From: Heterodontus francisci
Taxonomy: Eukaryota
Assembly (NCBI RefSeq): GCF_036365525.1
Contig: NW_027141701.1
Location: forward strand, 124,001-188,000
DNA: 64,000 nt
Direction: 5' to 3'
Under the pieces are notes generated by a model, which saw only the letters and a program-made list of their open reading frames with translations, did not search any database and had not been told where the DNA came from. A program made the translations under genes and the position numbers. This document shows positions 25,001 to 35,760 of the stretch, one piece after another. Each line of letters opens with the position of its first letter. Position 1 is the stretch's first letter.

Positions 25001-25325
25001 TTCTGGTCTGTTAAGACAGTATAGCTCCATTACTTTGTCTNNNNNNNNNNNNNNNNNNNNNNNNNNNNNNNNNNNNNNNNNNNNNNNNNNNNNNNNNNNN
25101 NNNNNNNNNNNNNNNNNNNNNNNNNNNNNNNNNNNNNNNNNNNNNNNNNNNNNNNNNNNNNNNNNNNNNNNNNNNNNNNNNNNNNNNNNNNNNNNNNNNN
25201 NNNNNNNNNNNNNNNNNNNNNNNNNNNNNNNNNNNNNTTGTAAAGTGACTGTGTGACTGAAATCTTTCTTTTTCACAGCTGTAAGAGGAGTGGAATCATC
25301 CTCGAACTCATCAGCCCTGGCCTGA
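900..25325 (+). CDS. UAA: MHC class I heavy chain (classical-type, shark UAA-like); spliced CDS join(900..948,7495..7755,14763..15035,15575..15850,23797..23922,24867..24902,25279..25325), 355 aa
   Basis: Seven exons join in frame through phase-1 GT-AG introns (49+261+273+276+126+36+47=1068 nt) with no internal stop. Leader, alpha1, alpha2, IgC1 alpha3, TM and Ser-rich tail are all recognisable. The UAA symbol is an inferred lineage call from the conserved anchor residues, not a locus assignment. Confidence 0.93.
949..1130 (+). repeat. 64-65-bp tandem repeat, about 2.5 copies, starting at the exon 1 donor
   Basis: GAGAGG..TCAGTGCCAGGCTGGGTACTGGGGCATTAACCCTTGGTCAGTGGGTAATGGG recurs at 965, 1030, 1094. 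Confidence 0.9.
1245..1900 (+). mobile_element. L2-type LINE 3' fragment
   Basis: Decayed L2 ORF2 end (ETSSMSLLL/LIHAFVTSRLDYSN-like, HITPVL..LH.. motifs) and a typical ...TATATAAATACAAGTT(GTT) tail. Confidence 0.7.
2377..4315 (+). repeat. About 32-bp GT-rich minisatellite, roughly 60 copies, intron 1
   Basis: Unit GGTTTATTTACAGGGGCTCTGTGTTGTGTTG(G). Confidence 0.97.
4490..7480 (+). repeat. Compound minisatellite: constant core plus variable (TC)n, roughly 55-60 copies, abutting the alpha1 acceptor
   Basis: TGTGGGGTTG(G/A)TGTTTTGGGGTTCATGCCCTGATG followed by (TC)n of variable length. Confidence 0.97.
7495..7755 (+). CDS. UAA: MHC class I exon 2, alpha1 domain
   Basis: Acceptor TTTCAG, donor G|GTGAG; GSHSLRYFYT...PEFVAVGYVDD...YDS...PEYWE...RTNQT with Y7, Y59, R84 and the N86 sequon. 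Confidence 0.97.
7775..8440 (+). repeat. Degenerate C/T-rich low-complexity repeat (TGTCTCTCTATTCCCC-like), resuming at about 9345-9690
   Basis: Recurrent TCTCTATTCCC motifs downstream of exon 2. Confidence 0.8.
8447..9340 (+). mobile_element. CR1 LINE 3' fragment carrying a SINE insertion
   Basis: LYRALVRPHL.YC.QFWSPYLRKD...GLRYEERL motifs; TTCTATGT tail. Confidence 0.9.
8921..9256 (-). mobile_element. HE1-type tRNA-derived SINE
   Basis: Reverse complement of the 59907 copy; (TCTAAA)n tail. Confidence 0.9.
9700..10508. mobile_element. GC-rich non-autonomous DNA transposon (MITE-like)
   Basis: Imperfect terminal inverted repeats GGGGAGAATTTTACAG / CTATAAATTTCAGCCCC; related sequence at about 61225-61945. 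Confidence 0.6.
10575..12690. mobile_element. Two CR1 fragments (about 10575-11100 minus; about 11140-12690 plus)
   Basis: NYR.VS..., HGFMKGK.CLTNL, VYLD..KAFDKVPH, YADDTKLGG RT motifs with stops and frameshifts. Confidence 0.9.
12710..14170 (-). mobile_element. Decayed hAT-superfamily DNA transposon (transposase pseudogene), intron 2
   Basis: Minus-strand fragments: IDASNKGETKCFP..YF..GI..LLLDF (first catalytic D), NCLAHILHN (CxxH), LLKHVVIRWL...AIDRL (RW motif); frameshifted. Confidence 0.8.
14763..15035 (+). CDS. UAA: MHC class I exon 3, alpha2 domain
   Basis: Acceptor GACAG, donor CG|GTGAGT; HTVQVMYGCEL...WDGRDYISFD...ITKNKW...GYLEGTCIEWLKKYL with C101/C164, T143, K146, W147, Y159, Y171. 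Confidence 0.97.
15050..15445 (+). repeat. 25-bp G-rich minisatellite in intron 3
   Basis: GGGGGACTGAGAGTC(A/G)G(C/T)GAGTGA recurring, e.g. 15143, 15168, 15193. Confidence 0.92.
15575..15850 (+). CDS. UAA: MHC class I exon 4, alpha3 (IgC1) domain
   Basis: Acceptor CTCAG, donor G|GTAAG; CLVTGFYPRDIEVT...LPNHDGTYQ...YSCQ IgC1 motifs. Confidence 0.96.
17258..17482. mobile_element. Palindromic Penelope-type short repeat (related copies 19425-19530, 47070-47168, 52360-52540)
   Basis: GAAATACTCAGCAGGTCAGGTAGCATCT ... AGATGCTGCCTGACCTGCTGAGTATTTC inverted arms with a decayed hammerhead core. Confidence 0.7.
19931..20275 (+). mobile_element. HE1-type tRNA-derived SINE
   Basis: A box TGGCGCAGTGG, B box GGTTCAATTC, CR1-like tail GGGCCGAAGGGCCTGTTTCAGTGCTGTATCTCT. 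Confidence 0.9.
22504..22648. other. Assembly gap (145 N)
   Basis: Run of N. Confidence 1.
23797..23922 (+). CDS. UAA: MHC class I exon 5, connecting peptide and transmembrane helix
   Basis: Poly-C tract plus CACAG acceptor in phase 1; ARMLPVTVGSSEGTNIRLIVGIVVAAIALIAVVIGAVALKRR; donor AG|GTAGG. An in-frame alternative acceptor at 23820/23821 is possible. Confidence 0.9.
24050..24710 (+). repeat. 28-bp G-rich minisatellite in intron 5
   Basis: GGACTGAGGTCCCGTACAGGGAGTGAGG unit, e.g. 24367, 24395, 24423. Confidence 0.93.
24867..24902 (+). CDS. UAA: MHC class I exon 6, cytoplasmic (GGEYKHSYSSAN)
   Basis: TTTGTAG acceptor, C|GTAAGT donor, 36 nt, phase 1/1; contains the YxxA motif typical of class I tails. 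Confidence 0.87.
25041..25237. other. Assembly gap (197 N) in intron 6
   Basis: Run of N. Confidence 1.
25279..25325 (+). CDS. UAA: MHC class I exon 7, cytoplasmic (PVRGVESSSNSSALA*)
   Basis: TTTCTTTTTCACAG acceptor; Ser-rich class I C-terminus; TGA at 25323-25325 followed by G|GTATGA. Confidence 0.87.
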
Positions 25326-26629
25326 GGTATGAATCACTCACTGGAGTTTAACAGCAGCTAAACTAGCATCAAAGCAGTTTATAAACAGCAGTAACTGTGA
25401 GCTCAGGGTATCGGAAGGGACTTTACTGAGTTTCACCACTGGCTCGCAGTGTTTTCACTTGTTTACATAAATTTCTCACATAGTGCTGTATCTCTAAATA
25501 GAAATAAAAATAAATAAATAAAGTGTAAGTTGAGTTTCATGAGCCAGTCTGTAAGAGACACAAGCTCCAATGGTAAAGTGACTAACTCTGATAGTCGTGG
25601 CCTACCATTGATCAACTCTGGTTTAATACACAGGAGTTCCATCAATATCAGCTGGTTTTGTGACAAGGAGCAGTTTTTTTAACCCACCATCAGTATTGAG
25701 CAGGTCCAGGTCTGGTCAGGTAGAGTGAAGCTGTCCTCCTCAATTTAACCTCGAGTCACCTCCTTTCATTCTCCTACTGCTCCTCACCATTCATTGCTGC
25801 TCTTCCCCATCACAAAGATATACTTGTATATTACAAACCACAGGGAGGCCATTCAGCCTCTCTGGCTCCTCCTTGCTCAGACTGCGATGATTCCTCACAC
25901 TCCCCCATGTCTAACTGCTGTCCACGTCTCTATCCAGAGACCAGTCTAAGTACTGCTGACTTGTTCTGAACTTGTCTTGTTACTTTGTACCCCTGGTCCT
26001 GCACTGATGGTGTAACATGAACCTCCTGGGATTCTCTTGTTCTGTTAAATGTGCCTGACCTGCATCCAGTTCCCTTGAGCCAATGAATTAAACGTACAAC
26101 TGTTTTGGACCAATGGGAGGTCAATATGTTGGGAAGGGAGCAGGTGATTCCAGGAGTGTGACTGGATTGTGCAGGTTAATATTCCAGGCAGCAAAGACAT
26201 GAATCACACGGAGAACTGGAACTTTCTAAAGCTGGGCTGGTGAGCAACAAACTTCCGGATGCTGTCAGCTGTTTAGTGAGACACTGCAGCTGTTTAATAT
26301 ACTGGAGGATGGGATCTGTCACCTGGAGAGGGGGAGATAGTTGTGCTGTGTACGTGGGGACAGAGATTAGACTTCATTTTGGAGCCTGGGTCTTAGACTG
26401 ATAGATTGTGCAGTGAGCCTGGTGATCCTGTGCTGGGACACTCGATCTTCACTGAGATATGGTGCTCCTGGAGAAGTTTCAGGGGATGGATTGTGGGTTC
26501 AGGCTGGTCAGTCTGGGTTCAGTCATATCACTGCACTCTTTACCTGTGACTGTAGGGAACCTGTCCCATGACACCTGGAACAGCTGCCAATGATGTGTTA
26601 AAGGGAGTGGGATTGGGGGGGAGGGGGGG

Positions 26630-27130
26630 AAGAAAGGGGTCAGAATTGGAGGTGCGTAGAGATCTCTGAGTTGGGGGGCTACAGAGGTTATGAAGATATG
26701 GAGGGATTTGACAATGAGGATGAGAACCTTAAAATCAATTGAGACATTACCGGACCAGGAACCTATGTAGGATAGAGAACGCAGGGGTGATGGTGAATGG
26801 GACTTGGTGTGAGTTAGGATTCGGGCAGCAGAGTTTTGGATGACCTGAAGTTTATGGAGGATGAAATATGAGAGGTTGGTCAGCAGTGTCTGGGGGTAAT
26901 GAAGGTATTGATGAGAGTTTCAGCAGCAGATGAGCTGAGGCAGAGATGGAGTAGGTTAGTGTTACTGCGCTGGATCAAGAGGGGATCTTGGTGATGGAGA
27001 GGTTATGGTGTTGGAAGCTCAGCTCAGGAATAAATAGGACACTGAGGTTGTGAACAATCTGGTTCAGTCTGACAGTGACCAGGGAGAGGGATGGAGTAAG
27101 TGTCTAAGGAACAGAGTTTCCACATTGATC
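26630..27130 (-). mobile_element. L2-type LINE fragment
   Basis: Reverse-complement similarity to the 1245-1900 element. Confidence 0.65.
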
Positions 27131-27199
27131 TTTCTGGGTTCCAACTCCTGTACTGGGTGTGAAGCCTCCATGTGATTCTGTCCATCTCTCATTTGCCAG

Positions 27200-29830
27200 G
27201 TTGATTCCGAATTGAAGATTACTTGAACTAGAGATTGGACTGGCTGTGTCACTGGGAGGATTCATTTAGAAACAATCTGGATGTTTTATCTTTATTTGGC
27301 TGTGTTTTATATAGTGAAACAATACATCTATCATTTATTGGAATTCTGAGTTTATTTTCTGCTTGGTAATTTGGTAGAAATCTCCAGTTGAATATTTTGG
27401 AGTTTAATATTGAGATGTTTCTAATTGCTGTTGTTGCTTGCATTCCTGCATCTGAGAAATGTTCATTTAAACCAGTAAAGGGGAGGGATCGACAGACCGT
27501 GACCAATCACAGATCACTGAGCACAGGGAGGGATCGACAGGCCACTGACCAATCACAGACCACTGAGCACAGGGAGGGATCGACAGGCCGTGACCAATCA
27601 CAGATCACTGAGCACAGGGAGGGATTGACAGGCCGTGACCAATCACAGATCACTGAGCACAGGGAGGGATCGACAGGCCACTGACCAATCACAGACCACT
27701 GAGCACAGGGAGGGATCGACAGGCCGTGACCAATCACAGATCACTGAGCACAGGGAGGGATTGACAGGCCGTGACCAATCACAGATCACTGAGCACAGGG
27801 AGGGATCGACAGGCAGGTGACCAATCACAGATCACTGAGCACAGGGAGGGATAGACAGGCCGTGACCAATCACAGATCACTGAGCACAGGGAGGGATCGA
27901 CAGGCAGGTGACCAATCACAGATCACTGAGCACAGGGAGGGATCGACAGGCAGGTGACCAATCACAGATCACTGAGCACAGGGAGGGATCGACAGGCCAT
28001 GACCAATCACAGATCACTGAGCACAGGGAGGGATCGACAGGCTGGTGACCAATCACTGAGCACAGGGAGGGATCGACAGGCCGTGACCAATCATAGATCA
28101 CTGAGCACAGGGAGGGATTGACAGGCCGGTGAACAATCATAGATCACTGAGCACAGGGAGGGATCAACAGGCCAGTGACCAATCACAGATCTCTGATTAT
28201 AGGGAGGGATCGACAGGCCGGTGACCAATCACAGATCATTGAGCACAGGGAGGGATCGACAGGCCACTGACCAGAGATCACTGAGCACAGGGAGGGATCA
28301 ACAGGCCAGTGACCAATCACAGATCTCTGATTATAGGGAGGGATCGACAGGCCACTGACCAATCAAAGATCACTGAGCACAGGGAGGGATCGACAGGCCG
28401 GTGACCAATCATAGATCACTGATTATAGGGAGGGATCGACAGGCCGGTGACCAATCATAGATCTCTGATTATAGGGAGGGATCGACAGGCCGGTGACCAA
28501 TCATAGATCACTGAGCACAGGGAGTGATTGACAGGCCGGTGACCAATCATAGATCTCTGATTATAGGGAGGGATCGACAGGCCGGTGACCAATCACAGAT
28601 CACTGATTATAGGGAGGGATCGACAGGCCGGTAACCAATCATAGATCACTGAGCACAGGGAGTGATTGACAGGCCGGTGACCAATCATAGATCTCTGATT
28701 ATAGGGAGGGATCGACAGGCCGGTGACCAATCACAGATCATTGATTATAGGGAGGGATCGACAGGCCGGTGACCAATCACAGATCTCTGATTATAGGGAG
28801 GGATCGACAGGCCGGTGACCAATCATAGATCACTGAGCACAGGGAGGGATCAACAGGCCGGTGACCAATCACAGATCACTGATTATAGGGAGGGATCGAC
28901 AGGCCGGTGACCAATCACAGATCTCTGATTATAGGGAGGGATCGACAGGCCGGTGACCAATCATAGATCACTGAGCACAGGGAGGGATCGACAGACCGGT
29001 GACCAATCACAGATCTCTGATTATAGGGAGGGATCGACAGGCCGGTGACCAATCACAGATCATTGATTATAGGGAGGGATCGACAGGCCGGTGACCAATC
29101 ACAGATTACTGAGCACAGGGAGGGATCGACAGGCCACTGACCAATCACAGATCACTGAGCACAGGGAGGGATCGACAGGCCACTGACCAATCACAGATCA
29201 CTGAGCACAGGGAGGGATCGACAGGCCGGTGACCAATCACAGATCACTGAGCACAGGGTGGGATCAACAGGCCAGTGACCGGTCACAGATCACTGAACAC
29301 AGGGAGGGATCGACAGACCAGTGACCGGTCACAGATCACTGAGCACAGGGAGGGATCGACAGGCCACTGACCAATCACAAATCACTGAGCACAGGGAGGG
29401 ATCGACAGGCCACTGACCAATCACAAATCACTGAGCATAGGGAGGGATCGACAGGCCACTGACCAATCACAAATCACTGATTATAGGGAGGGATCGACAG
29501 GCCATTGACCAATCACAGATCACTGACTATGTTTCTATCTCTTCCCTCTGGGAGGTTCGACGTTTTAATTCTCTGATCAGTTTAAGTTTCTGTTTTTTAA
29601 CTGTCCGTCTTCATTGGTGCCTGAGGTTGGATCCTGTGTTTCCCGGGAATGTGGTTTATTAAATGAAATGAACAGCTTCACTTCCCTGAACCCAGTCTGT
29701 CACTGGCCTGTTGTATGAACCGAGGGTGGGGAATGTAAAATGTTTGGGATTGCACTCTGTACCACTCTACGTACTGGATTAAAGTTTACATTTGTACCTA
29801 TTGAATAATAAAAACACTTGTTCCACAAAC
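27200..29830 (+). other. Putative non-coding last exon (3' UTR) of the class I gene
   Basis: Donor-like GAG|GTATGA 1 nt after the stop; pyrimidine tract plus CCAG at 27181-27199; ATTAAA at 29778 and AATAAA at 29807 followed by a GT-rich stretch. Inferred only; AATAAA signals near 25503-25521 offer an unspliced alternative. Confidence 0.45.
27480..29527 (+). repeat. 45-46-bp CCAAT-containing minisatellite, about 44 copies
   Basis: Unit TGACCAATCACAGATCACTGAGCACAGGGAGGGATCGACAGGCCGG. Confidence 0.97.
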
Positions 29831-32054
29831 TGTATCTGTGTGTTCACTCTGTCCAGTCCCAGACCCTGACACAAAGAACCAGGATCACTAAGAATCATTT
29901 GATCAGGGTTGACTTTGAAACCATCACCCTGACCATCCCCTCCCCCTGCCCCATGACCAGTACAATACCAGACAGGGAATTCCCAGAGCAGCCAGTAATT
30001 CTCACTGGCCTTCACCATCCTACCTGGATGAAAGTTCCATGTCTATCCAGAGCTCAGTTACTGCTTTCCCATTACCCTCCTTCCCTCTCTGCTGCCTCTC
30101 AGGGAAATCTTGCCTGTCCCTCCTGCTCTACTATTTAGAGTAGGCCAGTGGACTGGTTACACTATGAACAGTTTGAGACAGTTCCCTGTGTCTTTGGACA
30201 GACCATCTTTCATTCCACCTCCATCACGAGCAGCTTAGCCCCACTACCACAGTCTGCCGTTTGCCTGTATTTGCATTGACCGGACAGTGTTCTCAATTAC
30301 CCTGCCAACCAAAGACTGGACAATTACTGGCTCCCTGAGGAACTGACTGTCCACTGGCTCCTGGCACTACCCCTGAACGGAGGGAATGTAGGTATAATAT
30401 TCCTTGAAGGAACAGAAAGCCACAGCCAAGAGCTCTCTCCAACCCAGCAGTAAATTAGGAATGGCCTTTGGAGACGTCCCTGTTAACTACTGGCCCAATC
30501 CCTCTGTGGCAGCAGTGTGGGATGGCAGATACCAACCTGCTCCTGGTCTCTGACTCTCTCTCTCTCTCATGAAAAGGCCTCAACAGATGCTGGTTGTGTT
30601 CCAACTCTGGCTCCCAATTCCAGGAAGCTTCCACAGGCTGAGCCGACAGGGAAGGTTGATAGGGAGTCCTGGGAGCAGGGATCAAGGCAGCTATAAACTG
30701 ATGAATACAAGTCATTGGTTAAACCTTCGAGATGTGAACCCCTGCCACTTGGGGGAAGTGGCACTGAGACACATGTACCCTCCTTGGGAGAGGGTGCCCT
30801 CGCAATCTGGCTGTCCCTCAGCAGTTAGAGGGAGAGGTTGAAGGTGGCTCCACAGTGATGGTGGGGGGAGACACTGATCTATAAAAAGTGAACAGAGACC
30901 TGCGACTGCCCTCACCAAGGTGGAAATCACCCACAACATCGACGATCCTCAGCATGGTTGAGTCCTCAGAGGGTGATGTCCCCAAATGAGCCAGTGCCAA
31001 CTGGAGACCAATGTCCCAGGGCTGGGTTAGTGGCACCAGAGGGGATGGCAGATGCCTCGGGTGATGGACTCACCGACAGTAGCTGGTGCTGCCTGGGTGA
31101 ACCAGCCTGACTCTGGCACCATAGACCCACAGAACAATTACAGCACAGAAGGAGGCCATTCAGCCCATTGTGTCTGTGCACAGACACCTCAGAGACGCTG
31201 GTGCCCAAAGAGGACCATTTGTCTTCATCCTGGGAGGTCTCAATAGAAGCTGTTAACAGGGCTTCACCTGATGGTGTGGACTGGGATATAAGGGACAGGT
31301 TGGTGAGTGGCCATAAGCATCCTGTCCCACTCTGAACCATCAAGACAACAGGAGCCTCCCCATCCTGAGCCTGTCCTGTTCAGTCCCAAGGTGAACCCAC
31401 AGCTGACATCAGTGGGAGATGACTGTATGGACTTGGCACTAACCAGTTTCAGTGTCATTAACCCCAAGCAATGGTGAAGTGGAGTTGGAGCTGGAGCAGG
31501 TTTGCTGCTTGATGCTGATGTGGGGACAGGATGGCTGGATGTGGAGGTCCAGCACAAGGGGAGACGGGGTCAATTTATATATTTAACAATAGAAATCAAT
31601 GTCAGAATCCCGAAGGTGGAAGTGGTAGGGATGACAGACTCAGTGACCTTACTCTCCAAACTCTGACTCACACACTATAGACAGCCTCTGTGAGCTCTGC
31701 AATCTGACCAACCAGTCTCTTTCACTCCTTCAAATATTGATCCAATTTCCCTTTAAAAGATGCAAAGCTCTTTCCATCACCCACTCCCTGTTTGTAGGGC
31801 ATTCCATGTTCCAAACAACTCAGAAGGAATGTCTCCTATCCTCTCTCCTCACTCAATGAGCATTTTAAATTATTGCCCCCTCTTCAATGGCCCCTAAAAC
31901 AGAGGAAATCGTATTTCCCGATTCACTTGATCAAAACCCTTCATCATTTGAAAATCCCTCAATGAAATCTCCTCTTGTCTCCTTTGTTCCAGTTGAAACA
32001 GTCTGAGCACAGATGGTTGGATGACATTGGAGGATCGGCCTGGAGATGAGGCAC

Positions 32055-35000
32055 TGTAAGGGCACGGAATAAGCTTTCTCTTCTCGATTTTTAATTACAA
32101 GTATGCAGCAATAATACGTGTGTAAAAATAAATTACAGTATGCAAATGGTCATGCGAGGTGCAAAAGGATCTGTGTCAAATATAAAGCTAAACTGTTGAT
32201 GCCTACAAAATGCAAAGCTCAGGACAGGTGCATCCTGGTCTGAACTGATGAGAAATGAATGTGATATGATGTGAGAAGAGGGGTGGGGGAGGAGCTCTTT
32301 GAGCTGTTTCACAGTCGTCCTGGGAGCACATTTCTTTGTGGATATTAACTGTCCAGAAAATAGCTCAAACTGTATGGGAGCCAGATAAGACAAGTAACAT
32401 TACCTGTAAGCACAGTACAATCCTCCTACAAACACCAACTGCACTTTCCTGTACAAGTAGCAGATGGAATTTACTACAGAGCAATGTGAGATGTTGCATT
32501 TTGGCAGAAGAAATAGGAAGAAGCAATAGAGACTTAACAACACAGTTTGCAGGAACAGAGGGACCAGGGTATTCATGTGCGTAGACCTTTGAAGGTGGCA
32601 GAACATGTTGAGAGAATAATTAGCAGAGCATGTGGGAACTTGTACTGCATAAATAGATAAATAATTGAATAGAAATTATGCTTTACCATTTTGAAGCTCT
32701 GGTTAGGCCACAACTAAAGTATTGCATCCAGTTCTGAACATCACACTTTAGGAAGGTTGTGAGAGTCTTTGAGAGGGTGCAGAGGAGATTTACCAGAATG
32801 GTTCCAGGGATGCAGGCTGGAATCGTACGTTGGGCTGGAGGCCCCACCCAATGGCCAAGAATTCGGGGGTGAGCCCGCCTCCATCCCACCTGGAAGCCAT
32901 GCAGAGATTTTACGGGCCCCTGGCCGTTAATTGTCCTCGGGCAGGAGTTCAACCCCTCTGAGGCAGGAACTCCAACCTCCAGGAGCTGCCAATCAGCGGG
33001 CTGTCAGCTCTCAGTCCCAGCAGTGCCACCAGGAGCGGTGGCACGACTGGCACTGCACCCGGCGAGAGGTGCAGCATGGATGCTGGCCTTAGAATGAAGC
33101 TAAGTGTGCAGGGCCTCACCGGGGACAATCGGCCGGGCCCTGTCAAGGCAAGCGGAGTCAGTTGTGGGGGCGGAGGGGAGGAATGTGCTGCAGTGGTGGC
33201 TGCTAGGTTTTGCCGAGTGGCCTCTTAAGGTCTTGAGCTGCCCACATGCTGCTGGTAATGGACTGGCAGTGATGGGAGGAGGCCCTGAAGTGGCTGTTAA
33301 TTGGCTACTTAAGGGCTTTAATTGGCCTGAGGCGGGTGGGCCGTTTCTTGCCGCCACCACCGCACGTGAAACTGCAGCGAGTGCTGGAAGGCGACGGGAA
33401 CGGCACCCCCCCACCTCCCACTCAGTTTTACAACCTCCCTCCTCCACCTCCAGACCGCTCCTGCAGGGGGTGTAAAATTCCAGCTGCAGGATTTTAGTTA
33501 CATGGTTAGGTTGGAGAAACTGGGGTTATTCTTCTTGGAGCAAAGGAAGTTGAGGGGAGATTTACCAGAGAGGTACACATTTATGTCAGATTTAGATAAG
33601 GTAGACAAAGAAAATCTGTTCCCATTGGCTGATGGTGCAAGGACGAGGGGACACAGATTTAAGGTTTTGGACAAAAGATGCAGGGGAAATATGAAGAAGA
33701 ATTTTTATATGTAGCGAGTGGTAATGACCTGTAACTCGCTGCCTACGAGGGTGATGGAAGCAGGGCCGATCAATGATTTCAAAAGGAAATTGGATCGACA
33801 CTTGAGAGAAAGAAACTTTCCGGCCTACGGGGGTAGGGCGAGGGAATGGGACTGACTCTGTATAGGGAGCTGGCATGGACACAATGGGCCAAATGGCTTC
33901 AATCTGTGTTGTAATGACTCTATGACCTCCTGCAGGACCCTGGATGCACCTTCAGCTCGATGTTATCAGTTCATTGCCAACTCCTCCAGTTAACCAGTAA
34001 CATGTGCTACTTATATTAGACAAGTTGATCAAATGGACAGAGGCTTTTCCTTACCATAATAATCGTGCTTTGGTTGAGGCTAAAATACCATTGATTGAGG
34101 TGATCTGCAGGTGGGGAGTGCACATACAGGTAGCTAGTGATCAAGGATCACATCTTACAGGAAACGTTTTTACTGAACGACAGAAATTGATGAGGATTAA
34201 ATACAAATTGCCCATATGTCACCATCCTCAATGATCTGGAGTAGTGGAAAGAGAGAATAGGACTTCAAACAATGTTTAAAAAGTTCTGTGCAGATCACCC
34301 CTTTCAATGGGTGAGCATGTTACCAATGTATTTACTGGTGATGTGATCTAGACAGTGTCGTACTACATGAACTTACCCCTATCGGGTAATGACAGGATGT
34401 CTGATGTGTATGCCTGGACACCTACTGGTGCCCACAGCAGGTCCTTTGCTTTAAAGCAGTTGTACCACTGAGTGGTTGAAGCAGATGATCCATTACATCG
34501 ATCAGACGAATCAATTCGTAGCATGGAATTTGGGAGAATCCAAGAATCAGGTCTAAAAGTACTTTGACAAATAGGATCATCCATTTGAGTATCAAATTGG
34601 AGACTCTGTAATGGTCCTAAATTATGGTAAAAAGGACCATTTTGTTAGAACAAAAACGGCAGGACTATACCCTATCACTGATCAGGCCAGTCCTGCCATG
34701 TATATAGTTCAGTTTTTAAGTAAGAAATGTCTGAGTTATATCAAATAGTATCACATTAATCAGCTCAAAACTGTCAAGGAATAAATACTACACCTTGCCG
34801 GCAGGTGGAATGTGTTTCTTAGAGTATTAATTGTTCTAGGTCTGGTTACCTACCTTGAGAGGCTACCTACTACTACAGAGATCGTATGGAGAGTCATAGA
34901 GTCATATCCAGCACAGAAGGAGGCCATTCGGCCCATCAAGTCCATGCCAGTTCTCCACGGAGCTCCCTAATCAGTCCTACTCCCCCACTCAATCTCCTGA

Positions 35001-35760
35001 AGATATATTTCCTTCAACTGGCCATCTAATTTCCTTTTGAAGTCATTGATTGCCTCCGATTCCACCACCCTTGAGGGCAGCGAGTTCCAGATCATTACCA
35101 CCCGCTGTGTAACAAGTTCTTTCTCATATTCCCACGCTTCTCTTGCCCAAAACCTTCAATCTGTGTCCCCTAGTCCTTGTACCATTAGTTAATCGGTACA
35201 GTTTGTCCTTGTCTAGAGTGAGACAGATAAAATGTGTCTGAATGTCACTATGCCACCAAGCTGTAATATAACTGATGTTTGTAGTCACTGTCATATAAAC
35301 TACCATGGAAAGGGGCACAGTAATGTTAGGCAATAATAAATGGTGCAAAGTAGGGTATAATGTCAGTCAGCACCCATGGAGAGGGATTTGGTCTATGATT
35401 ATAATTTGTGCTCAGAGAATTGTAATCACTGTACTAATAATCATGATGTATGTTATTTGTGATGCTTAATGAAATGTTTGACAAAATATTTGAGTTTTAA
35501 ATTGGCTGCATTAATTAAAAACTAATTGTCTAAATGTGAGGAGTTGGATAGGATTCCTTCTCTTCAAGGTGAAGAGTATACATGGGATAAACTTTCTCTT
35601 CTCCATTTTTAATAACAAGTATTTAACAAGATGTGTAAGAATAAATTGCAGTATGCAAATTGTCACATAAGGTGTGAAAGGATATGTAAATATTAGCTAA
35701 ACTGTTGATGCCTTGAAATGCTGAGCTCAGGACAGATGCATCCTGTTGTGACCTAGTGTG
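32055..35760 (+). mobile_element. Decayed LTR element (Gypsy/retrovirus-like): LTR-like direct repeats, integrase and env-like remnant
   Basis: Diverged direct repeats at about 32070-32250 and 35588-35755; integrase 33990-34780 (DK..KW.EAFP, RWG...SDQGSH.TG, HPQ*SGVVER.NRT, GPY-like module, HINQLK); nested CR1 and MITE insertions. Confidence 0.72.
32816..33484. mobile_element. MITE inserted in a CR1 fragment (about 32440-33925, +)
   Basis: TIRs GCTGGAATCGTAC / GTAAAATTCCAGC, flanked by direct TGCAG; CR1 sequence resumes across it. Confidence 0.75.

Noticed and set aside
900-25325. Class I pseudogene or nonclassical call
   Set aside because: No frameshift or premature stop, canonical splice sites, and all anchor residues retained; the gaps lie in introns, though a small exon hidden in a gap cannot be excluded
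29880-31600. Possible second gene or Harbinger accessory-gene remnant
   Set aside because: Short ORFs with no recognisable motif or consistent splice pattern; cannot be supported by eye
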